Assembly: GCA_964457525.1 (NCBI GenBank) | Contig: CAYWGS010000081.1 | Span: 1-6,658 of the forward strand | Source of the DNA: an uncultured Erysipelotrichaceae bacterium | GTDB lineage: Bacteria; Bacillota_I; Bacilli_A; Erysipelotrichales; Erysipelotrichaceae | DNA: 6,658 nt | Reading direction: 5' to 3' | Program-made: the position numbers and the translations under genes | Part shown: positions 5,359-6,658 of the stretch, in pieces | Layout: each line of letters starts with the position of its first letter | Numbering within the stretch: position 1 is the stretch's first letter | The notes under the pieces: model-generated | What the model saw: the letters and a program-made list of their open reading frames with translations, nothing else | Database searches by the model: none | Told to the model about the DNA's origin: nothing

Positions 5359-5973
5359 TTAAATTTCTAACGCTTCTTTTTGTTTTCTAAACAAGTACTG
5401 ACAAATATGATTCGCATCCATATCATTCATATCAATAAAACGAATGCCATAACCATATACATTCTCAGAAAGTAATCTACATCGAACAACTTGTCCATCC
5501 AGTATGACTTCTTTACCATCAATCGTAAATACTAACTCAACCTTAGATCGTTGTGGAATAATTGCTTTACTTACCATTAAAGATCCATTTAGACTCAAAT
5601 CATTTAAGACGACTGAATAACGTTTTAATGGACCTCCACCGCGTGGTCCAACTCCTGCAATTGCTTCGATATTTACATTAACTCGAAAGAAATTACGTTG
5701 TTCCTTTTCCATTAATGTCTTCACATCGATTACTCTAAAAAACTCCATAGTCGGAATGTATAGATTTCCTTCAATCACAATAGAATCAAGATACGTATGA
5801 TTTATGACAACTTTAACCTTGTGTTCATATCGAGCTAAACTCGAAGAACCTAGATCATTACTAATTTCTAAGAAATCGGATCCAATTTTAATAATCTTGC
5901 CCTTGGTTAATAAATCATTCCCCATGGTTCTTAACTCACAATTCGCAAAACGATATTCTTCCGCAATCAGCAC
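5359..5973 (-). CDS. PilZ-domain c-di-GMP receptor with YcgR/MotI-like two-barrel architecture (putative flagellar brake/clutch protein)
   Basis: Both canonical PilZ c-di-GMP-binding motifs are intact. RxxxR = RNFFR (residues 93-97, nt 5697..5683; checked codon by codon as CGT AAT TTC TTT CGA). DxSxxG = DLSLNG (residues 125-130, nt 5601..5584). A roughly 90-aa beta-rich N-terminal domain precedes them, as in YcgR and B. subtilis MotI (YpfA). At 204 aa the size is similar to MotI. The start is GTG 5973 with GGGGGAGAG 7 nt upstream. Confidence 0.85.
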   Translation of the reverse strand: MLIAEEYRFANCELRTMGNDLLTKGKIIKIGSDFLEISNDLGSSSLARYEHKVKVVINHTYLDSIVIEGNLYIPTMEFFRVIDVKTLMEKEQRNFFRVNVNIEAIAGVGPRGGGPLKRYSVVLNDLSLNGSLMVSKAIIPQRSKVELVFTIDGKEVILDGQVVRCRLLSENVYGYGIRFIDMNDMDANHICQYLFRKQKEALEI

Positions 5974-5986
5974 AAACGCTCTCCCC

Positions 5987-6379
5987 CTAATGTCTTGGAT
6001 TATTCTTAACTTTTAATACCGCATTCACTAATGCACCCACCACATCTCCTTCATACTTACGAAGTTCTACCGCAATATCCTGCTCACTTCGAACCACATA
6101 TTTAGGAGGTAATGCATTAACCGCAATGGCCATAATATCTTTAATACAACGATCACATTCACAACATTTAAATCGATTTAACGCTTCATTCAAACGTTCT
6201 TTAACCGCTAGTTCTGCTAAATTGACTAATATTTTCGGTTGAAAATAAGAAGGTTTTTGTACAACTGATGTGTTTAAACTTACATCTTCATTCAACTCAT
6301 TAACTCTTTCTTTTTGAGCTGCAGATGGCATGATTTTTTTATACATTGCCTCTTTATCAATGGAACGATTATTTGACAT
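5987..6379 (-). CDS. comFB: ComFB-domain protein (late competence development protein ComFB family) with a ~49-aa N-terminal extension
   Basis: Residues ~50-130, ILVNLAELAVKERLNEALNRFKCCECDRCIKDIMAIAVNALPPKYV...., match the ComFB family hallmark: (L/V)(V/M)N..E..V.E.(L/V)......CCC/CxC..C..D(I/V).A.ALN.LPP.Y(V/I). The CCECDRC cluster lies at nt 6166..6146 (checked as TGT TGT GAA TGT GAT CGT TGT). ATG 6379 has GAGGAG 6 nt upstream and overlaps the stop of the preceding ATPase gene by 11 nt (ATGTCAAATAA). Confidence 0.8.
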   Translation of the reverse strand: MSNNRSIDKEAMYKKIMPSAAQKERVNELNEDVSLNTSVVQKPSYFQPKILVNLAELAVKERLNEALNRFKCCECDRCIKDIMAIAVNALPPKYVVRSEQDIAVELRKYEGDVVGALVNAVLKVKNNPRH

Positions 6380-6658
6380 CTTCTTCTCCTCTGATTAATT
6401 CTTTTGAGAATTTAATATAATCAAGTGCGGCTCCATTATTTTTATAATTTGTGACTAAATCTTTTTGTGCTGACTGAGCTTCCGCTACACTAATACTGAC
6501 TCGTATCGTAGTTTTGAATAATCTTACCTTTAAATCATTTAAGACCAACTCAGCTGCACCTTTTACTTCTTTGTTTAAATGAATTCGTGGATTGTACTTA
6601 TTTAACAACACACCTTCAATAATCAAATCTGGATTTGAGAACTTACGCACTTGTAGAA
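6369..6658 (-). CDS. ParA/Soj-family (deviant Walker A type) ATPase, C-terminal ~96 codons; the 5' end is off the right edge of the window
   Basis: The reading frame stays open to the window edge. The GTG at 6650 on the ORF track is only the first start-like codon, and codons CAA and CTA continue upstream of it. NPDLIIEGVLLNKYNPRIHLNKEV....LFKTTIRVSISVAEAQSAQKDLVTNYKNNGAALDYIKFSKELI aligns by eye with the C-terminal third of Soj/ParA: (L/I)EGVLLTM.D.RTNL...V......(V/F).(K/T)T.IPRNVRLSEAPS.GK.(I/V)..YD..S.GA..Y..LAKE(V/L). There is no FlhG/MinD-type C-terminal amphipathic membrane helix. Confidence 0.8.
   Translation of the reverse strand, partial: LQVRKFSNPDLIIEGVLLNKYNPRIHLNKEVKGAAELVLNDLKVRLFKTTIRVSISVAEAQSAQKDLVTNYKNNGAALDYIKFSKELIRGEEDVK

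Noticed and set aside
5352-5360. Homopolymer of nine T (plus strand) / nine A (minus strand) at the pilZ stop
   Set aside because: It looked like a possible slipped-strand phase-variation tract. However, it begins within the TAA stop and extends into non-coding DNA, so length changes would alter neither the PilZ protein nor the stop. At most it shifts hairpin and promoter spacing by 1 nt.
5804-6016. 70-aa plus-strand ORF
   Set aside because: It is antisense to the pilZ 5' end and the ComFB-like 3' end, both of which have clear family motifs on the minus strand. It has no supporting signals.
1-6658. Stop-codon usage: none of the 11 in-window stops is TGA (6 TAA, 5 TAG)
   Set aside because: I considered a genetic-code anomaly. 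Trp is encoded by TGG where I checked (for example FliD LWKQ), and all ORFs are intact under the standard bacterial code. Eleven stops are too few for TGA absence to be statistically meaningful.
1-6658. Mobile element, defence island, CRISPR array, tRNA or rRNA
   Set aside because: I saw no terminal inverted repeats flanking a transposase-like ORF, no regularly spaced repeats and no structured-RNA-like GC-rich segments. Every long ORF is accounted for by flagellar or signalling families in a conserved order.

Overview
AT-rich, very gene-dense window. Every credible gene is on the minus strand, so transcription runs from high to low coordinates. It is a late-flagellar locus of a low-GC Gram-positive-type (Bacillota-like) organism, and its order mirrors the Bacillus subtilis comF/flgM region. 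The order is: ParA/Soj-type ATPase (5' end off-window), ComFB-domain protein, PilZ (YcgR/MotI-like) protein, then a 74-nt gap. After the gap come flgM, flgN, flgK, flgL, yviE-like orf148, fliW, csrA, orf157 (unknown, helical) and fliD (3' end off-window). The gap holds a hairpin plus U-tract with a sigma-28-like promoter nested inside it. fliD is missing from the supplied ORF track because it has no stop in the window; I translated it by hand. From flgM to fliD the genes are separated by 9 nt or less or overlap, which fits a single translationally coupled operon. I see no rRNA or tRNA genes, CRISPR arrays, transposases or recognisable defence genes, so this is core motility DNA rather than an accessory island. 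Four things merit a second look. (1) The tightly coupled parA-like/comFB-like/pilZ trio sits directly in front of flgM and is a candidate cyclic-dinucleotide-responsive module. (2) orf157 overlaps the csrA stop and occupies the post-csrA slot where Bacillus has flagellin. (3) The terminator-like hairpin encloses the flgM promoter. (4) An AGGA-loop hairpin covers the fliD Shine-Dalgarno and start codon. All family assignments come from motif recognition by eye; no searches or folding calculations were run.
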